Part shown: piece by piece, positions 24,615 to 34,633 of the stretch
Numbering within the stretch: position 1 is the first letter of the stretch
Layout: every line of letters begins with the position of its first letter
Virus record (IMG/VR): IMGVR_UViG_3300011439_000008
Coordinates: 1-39,858 of that record
Origin: a virus
Lineage: Duplodnaviria; Caudoviricetes
Strand: one strand, 5' to 3'
DNA: 39,858 bases
Notes under the pieces: model-generated
What the model was told of the DNA's origin: nothing
Seen by the model: the letters and a program-made list of their open reading frames with translations, nothing else
Databases searched by the model: none
Program-made: the position numbers and the translations under genes

Positions 24615-25637
24615 ATGCCGTTATTTCCGGTCCTCGACATCGAAACGAAGGTGCAAGAAAAAGACAAGACGCGCTTGGATGCGTCTAAATCTTTTGCTTC
24701 GGGTGGTGCCGAAATCTCTTCTATGACAATCACGCCGTCCGCGCTCGATTCGGCCGTGACTGTGACGGACGATGATTACATGTTGGATTGGCAATACGAT
24801 TTCAAAGTGGACGTGGTGACTGGGTTCAACGACAAGTTGAATTTCAAAGAGGGAAGCGGGGCGGAACTCACGGCCACGTTAACCCAAGGTTCTTACACGT
24901 TGACGTTGCTTGCGGCCGAGATCCAAACCCGCATGCGAGCCGTCGGAGCATTGACCCATGTGGTGGGCGTCACGGATGACGATGAATTCACGTTCCAAGC
25001 GGAGTCGGGATTTCAACTCCTGGGCGAGACGGGTACTGATTCAACTACTTCAATCCTCGCACACATTGGATTCACCGAAGATGAAACAGGTAAAGCCAGT
25101 TACACAGGAGACGAAGTCGAAACAGTCCAAAAGAAAGTGACCGTCACCATCGTAGATACCGAGCAAGACCCGGATGAAACGAAAACGTTGAGCAAGACAC
25201 TACTGATTGTTTCGGAAAGAGCGGATCGACTGTTTGCCACCGACGACATGCTCCGGCAAAAAGAAAGTGACATCCTGAGATATGTGGTGGATGGCCGTGC
25301 CACTTTTAAAGACGTGCATCGCCGAGCGCAAAAAGAAATCATGGAATGGTTAGACACTCAAGGGTTTGTCGATGACTTTGAAGACAAATTCACTGTGCGA
25401 CGGATTCGGGACACGGATGAGGTGGCGGCTTGGGCCACCAATCTAACCTTGAAGCTGATCTTTCGAAGCGTGCACAATGCGAAAGATGATGTGTTTGTTA
25501 CCAAGGCCAAATACTATGAGGGCCAGGAAACGTTTTACCGGGGGCGTGCGGTACTGAGAATCGACACCAACCAAGACGGGCAAGTGGATCTCCATGAGCA
25601 AGTGGATATCCGATCTTGCCGGGTGCTACGCCGATGA
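24615..25637 (+). CDS. Head-tail adaptor-like protein with an N-terminal accessory domain
   Basis: Position; helical C-terminus (FATDDML...AQKEIMEWL...IDTNQDG). Confidence 0.6.
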   Translation: MPLFPVLDIETKVQEKDKTRLDASKSFASGGAEISSMTITPSALDSAVTVTDDDYMLDWQYDFKVDVVTGFNDKLNFKEGSGAELTATLTQGSYTLTLLAAEIQTRMRAVGALTHVVGVTDDDEFTFQAESGFQLLGETGTDSTTSILAHIGFTEDETGKASYTGDEVETVQKKVTVTIVDTEQDPDETKTLSKTLLIVSERADRLFATDDMLRQKESDILRYVVDGRATFKDVHRRAQKEIMEWLDTQGFVDDFEDKFTVRRIRDTDEVAAWATNLTLKLIFRSVHNAKDDVFVTKAKYYEGQETFYRGRAVLRIDTNQDGQVDLHEQVDIRSCRVLRR

Positions 25638-26071
25638 GTATCGCAAGTGTTCGCCCTTACGCGCGCGCGAGACTAAACGCGCTTGGGTACAAAGAACACA
25701 ACGATGGTTTCGACGCCGAAAACATCGGTAAAACAGAATTGGAACGAGCCTACATTTTAGAAGTGCTCGACCCCACCAACACCGAAGTGCACAACGACAA
25801 TATGCACATCGACACACCCTTGGTGGTGAAACTGTTTAAGGCTCCGACTCGGAAGCCGAAAGAATTGATTGATACCGCGATTCAAGACAAAATCGACGCG
25901 GTAATTGCGGCGTTCATGGCCGCAGAAAATCGGTTAACACAAACCGGGTTTAAAAATGTGACTTTTAACTCTGCGTCGATTGAGCCTCTCAATGACTCAA
26001 ACGATAATGGAGTGATGATTAAATTAACGTTCACGATGCTAGTCATTGTTTCGACTAGAAGGGGGGCTTGA
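25634..26071 (+). CDS. Tail terminator-like protein
   Basis: About 145 aa directly before the major tail gene; ATGA overlap. Confidence 0.55.
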   Translation: MSIASVRPYARARLNALGYKEHNDGFDAENIGKTELERAYILEVLDPTNTEVHNDNMHIDTPLVVKLFKAPTRKPKELIDTAIQDKIDAVIAAFMAAENRLTQTGFKNVTFNSASIEPLNDSNDNGVMIKLTFTMLVIVSTRRGA

Positions 26072-26072
26072 G

Positions 26073-26942
26073 ATGGGTACGCTGGCAAACATTAAAGTTG
26101 AACCGTGTAAAGTAATTTGGGCTGACACGGACTTGGGTTTCACGGACGGCGACATTGAAATTGCCCCCGAAGAAATGGGCGTGGAAATCACCGCCCATCA
26201 AGAGGGCACCAACGTCCTGGACATGATCCGGACAGGTAAGAAAGTGGAAGTTACAGTAACGTTGAAAGAGACTTCGGCCGACCAACTGAAAGAGATGCTT
26301 TCGGCCGGCGGCGGCGAAGCCAGTGGTGCAGCGGAAGTCTTCACCATCCTGTGCGTGGGCGACACGGCCGGATCTCTCAACAACAAGGTTTTCTTCGTCT
26401 ACGGGGCAAGCGGTGCGGCCTATGCGGTGTGGATGAACGTGAACTCCGCTGGCACGGACCCAAGCATTCCCGGGTTCACGTCGGTAGAAGTGGCGGTTGC
26501 AACCGGCGCTTCCGCAGACACCGTAGCGGATGCGGTTGCGGCGGCGCTCGACGCTTACGCGGATTTCCAGGCTCCAAATCCGGCGGCGGCCACCATCACG
26601 GTGACCAACACCGAAACGGGTACCCGCACTCAACCCGACGCGGGGAACTCCGGGTTTACGCTTACCGTTACTACGACGGGCGTAAGCCAGCTCACGGGAT
26701 GGGGCAACACCAAGGATTTCACCGGCATGTTGGGTGACTCGGCCAAGTTAGTCCTGCACCCCGTGGTGAACGCTGACAACGATTATGATGAAGACCTCGC
26801 TTTCTGGAAGGCGTACCCCATGTTGGGGTCGATTGTGCAATCAGGTGAAAACCCCAAGACGGTGGCGATCACCTTCAAAATCTTCCCGGATACGTCGAAA
26901 GCCGACGCCATCCGGCTCTTTGCTTACGGAGATCATACCTAA
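26073..26942 (+). CDS. Major tail tube protein with an inserted domain
   Basis: DLGFTDGDIEI...VEVTVTLKE...LVLHP...FWKAYP...VAITFKIFPD. Confidence 0.85.
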   Translation: MGTLANIKVEPCKVIWADTDLGFTDGDIEIAPEEMGVEITAHQEGTNVLDMIRTGKKVEVTVTLKETSADQLKEMLSAGGGEASGAAEVFTILCVGDTAGSLNNKVFFVYGASGAAYAVWMNVNSAGTDPSIPGFTSVEVAVATGASADTVADAVAAALDAYADFQAPNPAAATITVTNTETGTRTQPDAGNSGFTLTVTTTGVSQLTGWGNTKDFTGMLGDSAKLVLHPVVNADNDYDEDLAFWKAYPMLGSIVQSGENPKTVAITFKIFPDTSKADAIRLFAYGDHT

Positions 26943-27202
26943 TGACCAGACTTGAACTGAAACCCGCCGCTTCTATTACCATCGTTTTTGGTGGTGAAGA
27001 ATTTCAGTGCATCCGACCCAACGTTGAGATGCAAATCAATATGGAAGCCGAGCTGGAAAAGGCAAGAGACAAAAAGGTGGGGGCCGCAAAAGTGATGGCA
27101 GATTACGTCATCGCGTGCGGTCTCCCACAACGAGTAGTCTATCAGCTTAACGAAGAGCAGATGGAAGCGGTCTGCGAAGTGCTCACTGCAAAAAAAAAGT
27201 AA
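26942..27202 (+). CDS. Tail assembly chaperone (gpG-like)
   Basis: Lies between tube and tape measure genes; ends GCA AAA AAA AAG TAA. Confidence 0.8.
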   Translation: MTRLELKPAASITIVFGGEEFQCIRPNVEMQINMEAELEKARDKKVGAAKVMADYVIACGLPQRVVYQLNEEQMEAVCEVLTAKKK

Positions 27203-27498
27203 GCGCTAGCGAATTCAAGGCGGCCAAACTGGCCAGGTTTTACGGGTGGTCGCCGGCTGAGATTCGAGAATTGAGTGGGGAAGAGGTTGCAACCTATTGG
27301 CTCGCCATCACGCAAATTGAAGCGCAAGAGTTGTTACTTGCGTTGCGTGTGGCGGGCCACCCCCACACCAAAAAGGAAGTGCAAAGGCGGCTACACCGCG
27401 AATGGTACCGCCTGGCATATCCGGTAACTGAAGAAACAACAGAGGTACTTTCGACAAAAGCATTCGCGGAGAAACTAAAGGCGGCGCTCCATGGGTAA
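27190..27498 (+). CDS. -1 frameshift extension (gpGT-like)
   Basis: A9G slippery run at 27190-27199. The -1 frame is open to 27498 and reads KVSASEFKAAKLARFYGWSPAEIRELSGEE... Confidence 0.85.
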   Translation, partial: KKKVSASEFKAAKLARFYGWSPAEIRELSGEEVATYWLAITQIEAQELLLALRVAGHPHTKKEVQRRLHREWYRLAYPVTEETTEVLSTKAFAEKLKAALHG

Positions 27499-29248
27499 TG
27501 AAATCATCACTGAGATCCGCCTAGAGCTAGATAAGCTCCGGGCGGATCTCAAGTTAGGCGAGAAGGAAGCCGCTGACAGTGGGAAGCGCGGGGGCAAGAG
27601 TTTCGGCGATAGCGTCGAAGCGGGGATGAGCAAAGGTTTCAGCTCCATCCGAAACCAATTCCTGGGTCTAGTCGCTACCCTGGGTGCCGCATTCACTGGT
27701 AAAGCACTTATCAGCGCGGCGTCCGAACAAGAGAAGGCCATCAATCAACGCAACGCCGCCATGGCTGTATCCGGCACCTTCTCGGACATGGCCGCTAAAA
27801 GTGCCGACCGATTCGCCGATTCTTTGCAGCGCACCACCACCGCGCAAGACGATGTCGTGCAATCGGGCCAAGCCACCTTGGTGACATTGGGGCGTCTTTC
27901 GGGCGAAGGACTGGACCGCGCAACAAAAGCCGCCCTGGATTTTTCGTCTACCGGATTGGTGAGTACCGAACAAGCTTTCACCCTATTGGGCAAGGCCGCG
28001 AACGGAAACGTTACCGCGCTCAACAAATTTGGTCTTTCCATCAAGTCCACGGGGGATGACACCCGGGATTTCCAACAAGCATTGCGCCAACTCGAAAGGC
28101 AATTTGGTGGGCTGGCGGCTCTTCAGACCAACACGTTTGCAGGTGCGTTCACGCAAATGCAAAATGGGTTCGGTGAACTTCTCGAATCCCTGGGCAACAT
28201 CGTGGTGAAGTCACCCACTGCAATTGCGTTTCTTAAGAAGATGACCACCACGTTTTTTGATCTTGCGGAAGCCGTTACCAAATTTGTGGGCAACCGAGAT
28301 ATGGTGGGCGAGTTTGCCAAAAGCTTTTTGCAAATCAGCATGATCATCACGGAAAATGTCGGGCCGATCATCGAGCTATTTTTCAAGGGGGTCAAAAACG
28401 GATTTTTGGCCATTCAAACCGGCATCTTTGCTATCGCGGGGCTTTTCGACAAAGATTTTGCCGCCGCTGCAAAAGAGTCATTTCAAGACTTGGCTGATAA
28501 TAGCGCCAAGATTTTTGATTTCGATGCGACCCAAGCAACCGCTAATTTTATCGCGAAGATGCAGACCTTCACCGAAAACGTCAAGCCCGTCGCTAAAGCA
28601 AACTTTGCGGGCATCGCGGCTAGTGCACGCGCGGGCATGGAACCGGAATTAGAATCCGGGTGGTCTTTCATGGTGCAGGGTTTCAGCATGGCCTTTGGCA
28701 AGGTGGCACTGCAAAGCGATAGCTTCAAAGCCCAATTGCAAAACAAACTCACTGGCGCATTCGCCAATTTCCGTGACGGAGTGGGGAATGCATTCGCTTC
28801 GATCGGTTCGGCGCTGGCAAAAGGGGAAGACGCTTTCGTTGCTTTTAGGAATGCGATTTGGGGGGTGTTCGGAGATCTCGCCATCCAAATTGGCCAGTTC
28901 TATTTCTTGATGGGTCTGGCAAACCTCTTTCTGAATCCAGCCGCCGCCGCTGCACAGATTGCCGGTGGTTTGGCCCTGATCGTTTTGGGTGGCGCTCTGA
29001 AAGCCTTCAGTGGTGGGGGCGGTGCTCAACCCGCTGGCGGGGGTGTCGCGGCCGGGGGCGGATCAGGTAGCCCACCCATTGGTGATGTGGGAGCTGCATT
29101 CCAAGAAACCGAACCACAAGAACCGCAAACCAAAATTGATCTAGTTATCCAAGGTAATGTCATGGATCGGCGTGAAACGGGGCTCGCAATCGTCGATGTG
29201 CTCCAAGAGGCTTTAGGGTCTAACGGCTTGGTGGTGACCACGCAATGA
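27491..29248 (+). CDS. Tape measure protein
   Basis: 585 aa, Ala/Gly-rich and helical, follows the chaperones. Confidence 0.9.
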   Translation: MGNEIITEIRLELDKLRADLKLGEKEAADSGKRGGKSFGDSVEAGMSKGFSSIRNQFLGLVATLGAAFTGKALISAASEQEKAINQRNAAMAVSGTFSDMAAKSADRFADSLQRTTTAQDDVVQSGQATLVTLGRLSGEGLDRATKAALDFSSTGLVSTEQAFTLLGKAANGNVTALNKFGLSIKSTGDDTRDFQQALRQLERQFGGLAALQTNTFAGAFTQMQNGFGELLESLGNIVVKSPTAIAFLKKMTTTFFDLAEAVTKFVGNRDMVGEFAKSFLQISMIITENVGPIIELFFKGVKNGFLAIQTGIFAIAGLFDKDFAAAAKESFQDLADNSAKIFDFDATQATANFIAKMQTFTENVKPVAKANFAGIAASARAGMEPELESGWSFMVQGFSMAFGKVALQSDSFKAQLQNKLTGAFANFRDGVGNAFASIGSALAKGEDAFVAFRNAIWGVFGDLAIQIGQFYFLMGLANLFLNPAAAAAQIAGGLALIVLGGALKAFSGGGGAQPAGGGVAAGGGSGSPPIGDVGAAFQETEPQEPQTKIDLVIQGNVMDRRETGLAIVDVLQEALGSNGLVVTTQ

Positions 29249-30027
29249 GCTTAACCACGCATTCTAAATTCTATTACGTTGAAGAGATCACCGAAGAAAA
29301 CTTCAACATTGAATTCGACGAAGGGGGTTCCACCCTCATCGCTGAAATTCCCGTGGGAAGTTATACGCTCACCGAACTCACTAATGCGATGGCCGCCGCC
29401 ATGACAGCGGCCGGGGGGCAAACGTATACGGGTGCATTTAACCGCACCACTCGTAAGATCTCAATTAGCGCCGCGAGCAATTTCAGTGTGCATGTAGAAT
29501 CCGGCATTGTACTTGATACTTGCGTCTACTCTTTAATTGGGTGGCTCACGGATCGCGCCGCCGGAACTACCTATCTCGGCGACGAAGAGGCGGGGATTGA
29601 GTATTCCACTCAATTCATCCTCCAATCTTACGTATCTGAAGAGGATTACCAACAAGCCGCCGAAGCAACAATCAATAAATCAGCTAGTGGACGTGTGGAA
29701 GTTGTTTCATTTGGCACTGAGAAATTTTACGAGATGGATTTTAAATTCATCACCAATATTGCTCAAGCATCGGGGTCGCCCATCCGAAACCGGGCCGAGG
29801 GCGTGGACGATTTCCGAGATTTTGTCCGCCACCTTACCGGAAAATTGCCTGTAGAATTCATGCCCGATGAAGGTGATGTGGACACCTACGTTAAATTAAT
29901 TTTGGATACTACTCCGCTTGATTCTAAAGGGGCGGGATACAAATTGAAGGAACTTTACGATAAAGGCTTGCCCGGATATTTTGAATCGGGTGTGTTTAAA
30001 TTCCGGGTCCAAGATCAAGACTTGTAA
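29245..30027 (+). CDS. Distal tail (Dit-like) protein with an inserted domain
   Basis: Directly after the tape measure gene; SASGRVEVVSFG motif. Confidence 0.6.
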   Translation: MSLTTHSKFYYVEEITEENFNIEFDEGGSTLIAEIPVGSYTLTELTNAMAAAMTAAGGQTYTGAFNRTTRKISISAASNFSVHVESGIVLDTCVYSLIGWLTDRAAGTTYLGDEEAGIEYSTQFILQSYVSEEDYQQAAEATINKSASGRVEVVSFGTEKFYEMDFKFITNIAQASGSPIRNRAEGVDDFRDFVRHLTGKLPVEFMPDEGDVDTYVKLILDTTPLDSKGAGYKLKELYDKGLPGYFESGVFKFRVQDQDL

Positions 30028-30039
30028 GGGGGATTTTTC

Positions 30040-31374
30040 ATGTCAGTTAGTAACGGACAAGTGGCAAATGCAACCACGTGGAATAATGCGTTTGTCTCAC
30101 GCACCCAAAATACGACGCTGGCGGGTACTCTCACACAGAGTAACACCACCCAAAGTACCACCAAAGACACGGGAGCGATTGTTACCGAGGGCGGGTTAGG
30201 TGTTGAAAAAAACATCAACGCGGGCGGAAACATCGCGGCCGGTGGCACTATCTCCGCGACCGGAAATATTTCGGGCGCAAACTTCTCAGGCACCAATACA
30301 GGTGACTTAGCTCTTGCGGCCGTAGGCTCGGTCCCCAACGCCAATGGTGCGAGTCTGTCAGGGCAAACGCTCACGCTTCAACCCGCAAGTGACACTCAAC
30401 CAGGTCTCATGACGGCAATCGCTCAGACTTTTGCGGGGGTAAAGACATGGGCCGCAAATCTCATCTTGCAAGCGGCACTTCTCCTCAACAAAGCCGATGT
30501 GGCAACCGCCGCCACCATCACGTCACTTTCTTCTACCACTTCTTATGTAAAATTCACCGGGTCCACTGTCACTTCCGTGCGGGGTATCGTGGCAGGTGGT
30601 AACGGGCAGATTCTCATCCTAAACAACGCGTCTAGCGCAGTTGTTACTCTATTGGATGAAAGCGGCTCGGCCGCCTCTGCGTCCGAACGAATTAACACCC
30701 ACGACGGAAACGATCTCGCTATTGCGGCGGGGGCATCCGTGAAACTTGTGTACGATACTTCCGCCGCCAGGTGGCTTGTCATTGGTGGGACTGCAACAGC
30801 GGGTGGCTCGGTATTTACGGGTGACTCGGGTGCCGGCGGGGTGCAAGGATTGGTACCCGCCCCGACCGCTGGCGATGCCGCCGCTGAAAAGTTTTTACAC
30901 GCGGATGGGACTTGGACGACGCCGGCGGGTGTCGGTGCACCTGTTGTCGCGATTTACCAGCGTAATACCGGGTACACGATGCCCAATAACTCAGATACCA
31001 TTATCGATTTCGATGACCTAATAGTGGACACCCACTCCGCCGTGACTACCGGAGCAAGTTGGAAATTTGAAGTTCCGGCGGGTAAGGGTGGGCAATATTA
31101 CGTGTCTGCGAGTTTCGGGTTTGAAGATAACGCAAATGGTATCAGGTATTCCTATTTTACGGTTAACGGAACTCCACAACCTTTAGCTGACACCTGTAAA
31201 GGGTCCGGCTCTTCGGGTTCACTTTGGATGAATCCTGGCGGACTGTTGGACCTCGCCGATGGCGATGAAGTAAGTTTACTGGGCTACCAAAACAGCGGTG
31301 GAAACTTAGATACCAACACCACGTTCTTAAGCAAAATTCAAATTTCGATTCACCAAATCTTGGGCACCTCATGA
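30040..31374 (+). CDS. Tail fibre / receptor-binding protein with a C-terminal C1q/TNF-like domain
   Basis: TGAIVTEGGLGVEKNI, GLVPAPTAGD...KFLHADGTW; C-terminal IDFD...WKFEVPAGKGGQYYVSA...LADGDEV. Confidence 0.75.
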   Translation: MSVSNGQVANATTWNNAFVSRTQNTTLAGTLTQSNTTQSTTKDTGAIVTEGGLGVEKNINAGGNIAAGGTISATGNISGANFSGTNTGDLALAAVGSVPNANGASLSGQTLTLQPASDTQPGLMTAIAQTFAGVKTWAANLILQAALLLNKADVATAATITSLSSTTSYVKFTGSTVTSVRGIVAGGNGQILILNNASSAVVTLLDESGSAASASERINTHDGNDLAIAAGASVKLVYDTSAARWLVIGGTATAGGSVFTGDSGAGGVQGLVPAPTAGDAAAEKFLHADGTWTTPAGVGAPVVAIYQRNTGYTMPNNSDTIIDFDDLIVDTHSAVTTGASWKFEVPAGKGGQYYVSASFGFEDNANGIRYSYFTVNGTPQPLADTCKGSGSSGSLWMNPGGLLDLADGDEVSLLGYQNSGGNLDTNTTFLSKIQISIHQILGTS

Positions 31375-34085
31375 CGCTGAGATTAACGGAGAAGACCGAA
31401 AACGCGGTAGCTAAGACGAAGATCGAGCCACAACTTGTGCTCAAGATCGAGGGCGTCGATACGCTTTTTGGTGCCGTACCTATTCTCCGCCTCATCCAAA
31501 TCGGCGACCCGGGATTAGAAATCGGTGACGACTGGGTCATTGGTGGGGTGACGACCGTGGAAGACCAAGAGGATATTATTTCTCTTGAAGGGACGGGGTC
31601 GAAAATTGATCAACAGATTCGACCCGATCTTGGTTCGGTTTCTTCCATTTCGTCTATTGCAGTGGCGCTGATCGACGCCGATGAAGTGGTGACACGTCTT
31701 ATCTCCCCCGGTGTCGTCGTGGACGATATCATGGGGAAAAAGGCCAAATTGTATTTGGGGATGCGTAGTACCGGATGGCCCGAAGACTACATTGAAATTT
31801 TCGGTGGCATCATCGACGACGTGGACAGTGGTGCGGGTAAAGTAGTTTTGAACCTGGCCCACCCGGAGCAAAAAAAACGCACCGAAATTTTTCCGAAGGT
31901 TGCGACGCGGTTAGCGGCTCGCACGGCTGTGTTCACTGTTACGATTGCGAGCCCAGGCGTTTTCAGTTCCGTCGGGCACAACCTGCAAAATGACCAAGCG
32001 GTACGGCTCACCACGACAGGCTCGCTTCCTTCGCCGTTAGTTCCCACTACAACTATTTACTACGTGGTCAATCGTGCCGCCGATACGTTTCAGTTATCCA
32101 CTTCAGTCGGTGGTGCCGCAATCAACACCTCGGGAAGCCAAAGTGGCGTTCACACTTTCCACACGGGCATCAACGATGTTGAAAATACGTCTATCACTTT
32201 GGAAGACGCCAGCATGCTAGTGCAACAGGTGAACGGTCCCAACGGTTCACCCGATGAAGACACCATCAAACATTACATTCGCATTGACGATGAAATCATC
32301 CGGTACACCACCGTTACGGGAAACGTGCTCACGGGAATTGAACGTTTTCGATTGGATACTACCGCTGTGAGCCACCTAGAGGGAGCGGATGTTGTCAGTT
32401 TTTACACTCTCGACGGGCTCGCGGTAGACCTTGCGCTTAAGCTCATGCTTTCCGGGGTGAACGGATATTACGTTACCGGCGTGGAAGTGGAAAGCATCAA
32501 CCAAGTGTCAGCGGATTTGAACGTGCCAAACGCTCTATTTTTCGCGGGCGTCGATGTGGCAGATGAATACGGCGTAGTAGAAGGAGATTACGTTACTCTT
32601 GCCGGATCTACTGGCAACGATTTCACCCTAAAGCAAATCACGCAAATTGAAGAATTAAACGGGGGGTCTTACATCGTTCTAGACGGAGTCACCCTAACGG
32701 ATGAGCTTACAACGGCCGGCACAGTTTCTCTTCGATCGCAATACGACACGTTAGGCGAGGGTCTAGGATTACACCCCGATCAAGTGGACGTAGAAGAGCA
32801 CCTGTTTTGGGATAACCTACAATTGTCCGCTTACAATTTTCATTTCTATCTAAAAGAGACGGTCAAGGGCAAAGAATTTATCGACAAACAAATCTACGCC
32901 CCCATTGGTGCGTTTTCTATTCCCAGGAAAGGCCGTTGCAGTCTTGGCTACCACATCGGCCCGATCGCGCGAACGGAAGTCAAAACCCTGGACAAAACCA
33001 ATATCCGGGAACCGTCCAAGATCCACATGCGGCGAACGATCAACAAGAATTTCTATAACTCTGTTGTTTATAAATACGACGAAGCGGTTTTAGAAGATAA
33101 ATTCTTGGGCGGCACAATCGTCATTGATGCTGACTCTGTAGAACGCATTCCCGTGGGGAAAAAACCTCTTACATTTGAGGCGTCAGGCCTGAGATCCGAT
33201 GACGACGCCTCTGGGATTGCCAGCCGCGCGGGCGAGAGAATTCTAAAACGGTATCGCTTTGGTGCGGAACACTTTGAAAATATCAAAGTGTTTTTTAAAG
33301 CCGGATTCAATATTGAGCCGGGGGATATCGTTCTTTTTGACCCGACCGATTTGAAGATATCCAATACCATCGACGGTAATCGGAAGAAAGCACCCAAGTT
33401 TTTTGAGGTGACCAACAAGTCATTCGATTTCAAAACCGGCGACGTGGTGTTGGCCATCACTGATACCAGCTTCGAAACCGATGAACGGTATGGGGTGATT
33501 TCACCTAGCTCCGTGATTACGGGCGGCACCACCACCATTCTGGAAATCGAGGATTCCTTTGGTGGAGTTTTCCCCGGCAATGAAAGCCGTAAATGGCGGG
33601 ATTATGTCGGTCTCCCCATTTTGGTGCATAGTGAAGATTTCAGTTTTTCCGAACAAGTGACGTTGTTGCAGTTGGACCCGGCTGATCCGTACAAGCTTTA
33701 CATCGATCCGTCTACCCCACTTTCGATGGCTCCGACCGCCGGATGGATCATCGATGTACCGCCATACCCGGATAGCACGGATCGCGATGAGAATCGGCTG
33801 TATAAGCTCTTTCATTGCTTTCTTTCGCCTCAAGTGGACGTGGTGTCGGGGGCCAGTGACACCGAATTTGACGTTGACCCGGGAGACGTTGACAAGTTTT
33901 TCGAAGGCGCTATAGTTAAACTACACAGTGAAGACTTTTCCACTGTTAGCGACGAAGTCCGCGTCTTGAGTATCGCGGGCGACACCATCACGGTTGACGC
34001 TAGTCTCGGGTTTACGCCCGATAACACCATTAAAATTTCGTTCATTGGTTTTGCCGATGAAGATCCAGCCTATCGGTGGATCTAA
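31371..34085 (+). CDS. Tail tip / baseplate hub protein
   Basis: 904 aa; IFGGIIDDV, NIEPGDIV; an inserted small beta domain at about 31920-32165. Confidence 0.7.
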   Translation: MTLRLTEKTENAVAKTKIEPQLVLKIEGVDTLFGAVPILRLIQIGDPGLEIGDDWVIGGVTTVEDQEDIISLEGTGSKIDQQIRPDLGSVSSISSIAVALIDADEVVTRLISPGVVVDDIMGKKAKLYLGMRSTGWPEDYIEIFGGIIDDVDSGAGKVVLNLAHPEQKKRTEIFPKVATRLAARTAVFTVTIASPGVFSSVGHNLQNDQAVRLTTTGSLPSPLVPTTTIYYVVNRAADTFQLSTSVGGAAINTSGSQSGVHTFHTGINDVENTSITLEDASMLVQQVNGPNGSPDEDTIKHYIRIDDEIIRYTTVTGNVLTGIERFRLDTTAVSHLEGADVVSFYTLDGLAVDLALKLMLSGVNGYYVTGVEVESINQVSADLNVPNALFFAGVDVADEYGVVEGDYVTLAGSTGNDFTLKQITQIEELNGGSYIVLDGVTLTDELTTAGTVSLRSQYDTLGEGLGLHPDQVDVEEHLFWDNLQLSAYNFHFYLKETVKGKEFIDKQIYAPIGAFSIPRKGRCSLGYHIGPIARTEVKTLDKTNIREPSKIHMRRTINKNFYNSVVYKYDEAVLEDKFLGGTIVIDADSVERIPVGKKPLTFEASGLRSDDDASGIASRAGERILKRYRFGAEHFENIKVFFKAGFNIEPGDIVLFDPTDLKISNTIDGNRKKAPKFFEVTNKSFDFKTGDVVLAITDTSFETDERYGVISPSSVITGGTTTILEIEDSFGGVFPGNESRKWRDYVGLPILVHSEDFSFSEQVTLLQLDPADPYKLYIDPSTPLSMAPTAGWIIDVPPYPDSTDRDENRLYKLFHCFLSPQVDVVSGASDTEFDVDPGDVDKFFEGAIVKLHSEDFSTVSDEVRVLSIAGDTITVDASLGFTPDNTIKISFIGFADEDPAYRWI

Positions 34086-34103
34086 CGGCCTTAAGGGGGT
34101 CCT

Positions 34104-34631
34104 GTGTCCGATTTAGCGGGTGCCAGAAAAATCATTCAAGTTGAGGAGACGCAATTTCAATTTGCTGTCTCCGAAAGCTTTGCCCAGAAAATGGGCCAAG
34201 CCATGAATTTCTTGAGCATGTACCAGCATTCCGAAAAACAGTTTTTCATCAACGGGAATTTCTCCCGTGTGGCGCTTCCTTTTGTCGGAATTGACGGGCT
34301 TACCTTTTTTCAATTCGATGCGTTTATCATTGACGTTTGGATGTTCGTTCAAAATGCGGGTTCGGGTGGGACCACGGAACTAGATTTGCGGTTAGCTACC
34401 TCATCGGGGGGTGCATTTTCCACCATCTTCTCGACAACGCCCAAGATCACTTCAGCGGCGGGAGACTATGCTTTTATCCACGTGGGTTCCGCCGTGGCCA
34501 ACACCACCGCGCCGGTTTTAAGCACCACTAACGTAACAGCGGGTTCGGCACTTCGGTGCCACATCATCGACGCGCAAACCGGAACGGCCGTTAACGGTGC
34601 CGGCATCGTCGTCCACTACAGACCGAGGTAA
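34104..34631 (+). CDS. Minor tail protein
   Basis: Beta-rich; TIFSTTPKIT...VTAGSALRCHI. Confidence 0.6.
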   Translation: MSDLAGARKIIQVEETQFQFAVSESFAQKMGQAMNFLSMYQHSEKQFFINGNFSRVALPFVGIDGLTFFQFDAFIIDVWMFVQNAGSGGTTELDLRLATSSGGAFSTIFSTTPKITSAAGDYAFIHVGSAVANTTAPVLSTTNVTAGSALRCHIIDAQTGTAVNGAGIVVHYRPR

Positions 34632-34633
34632 AC

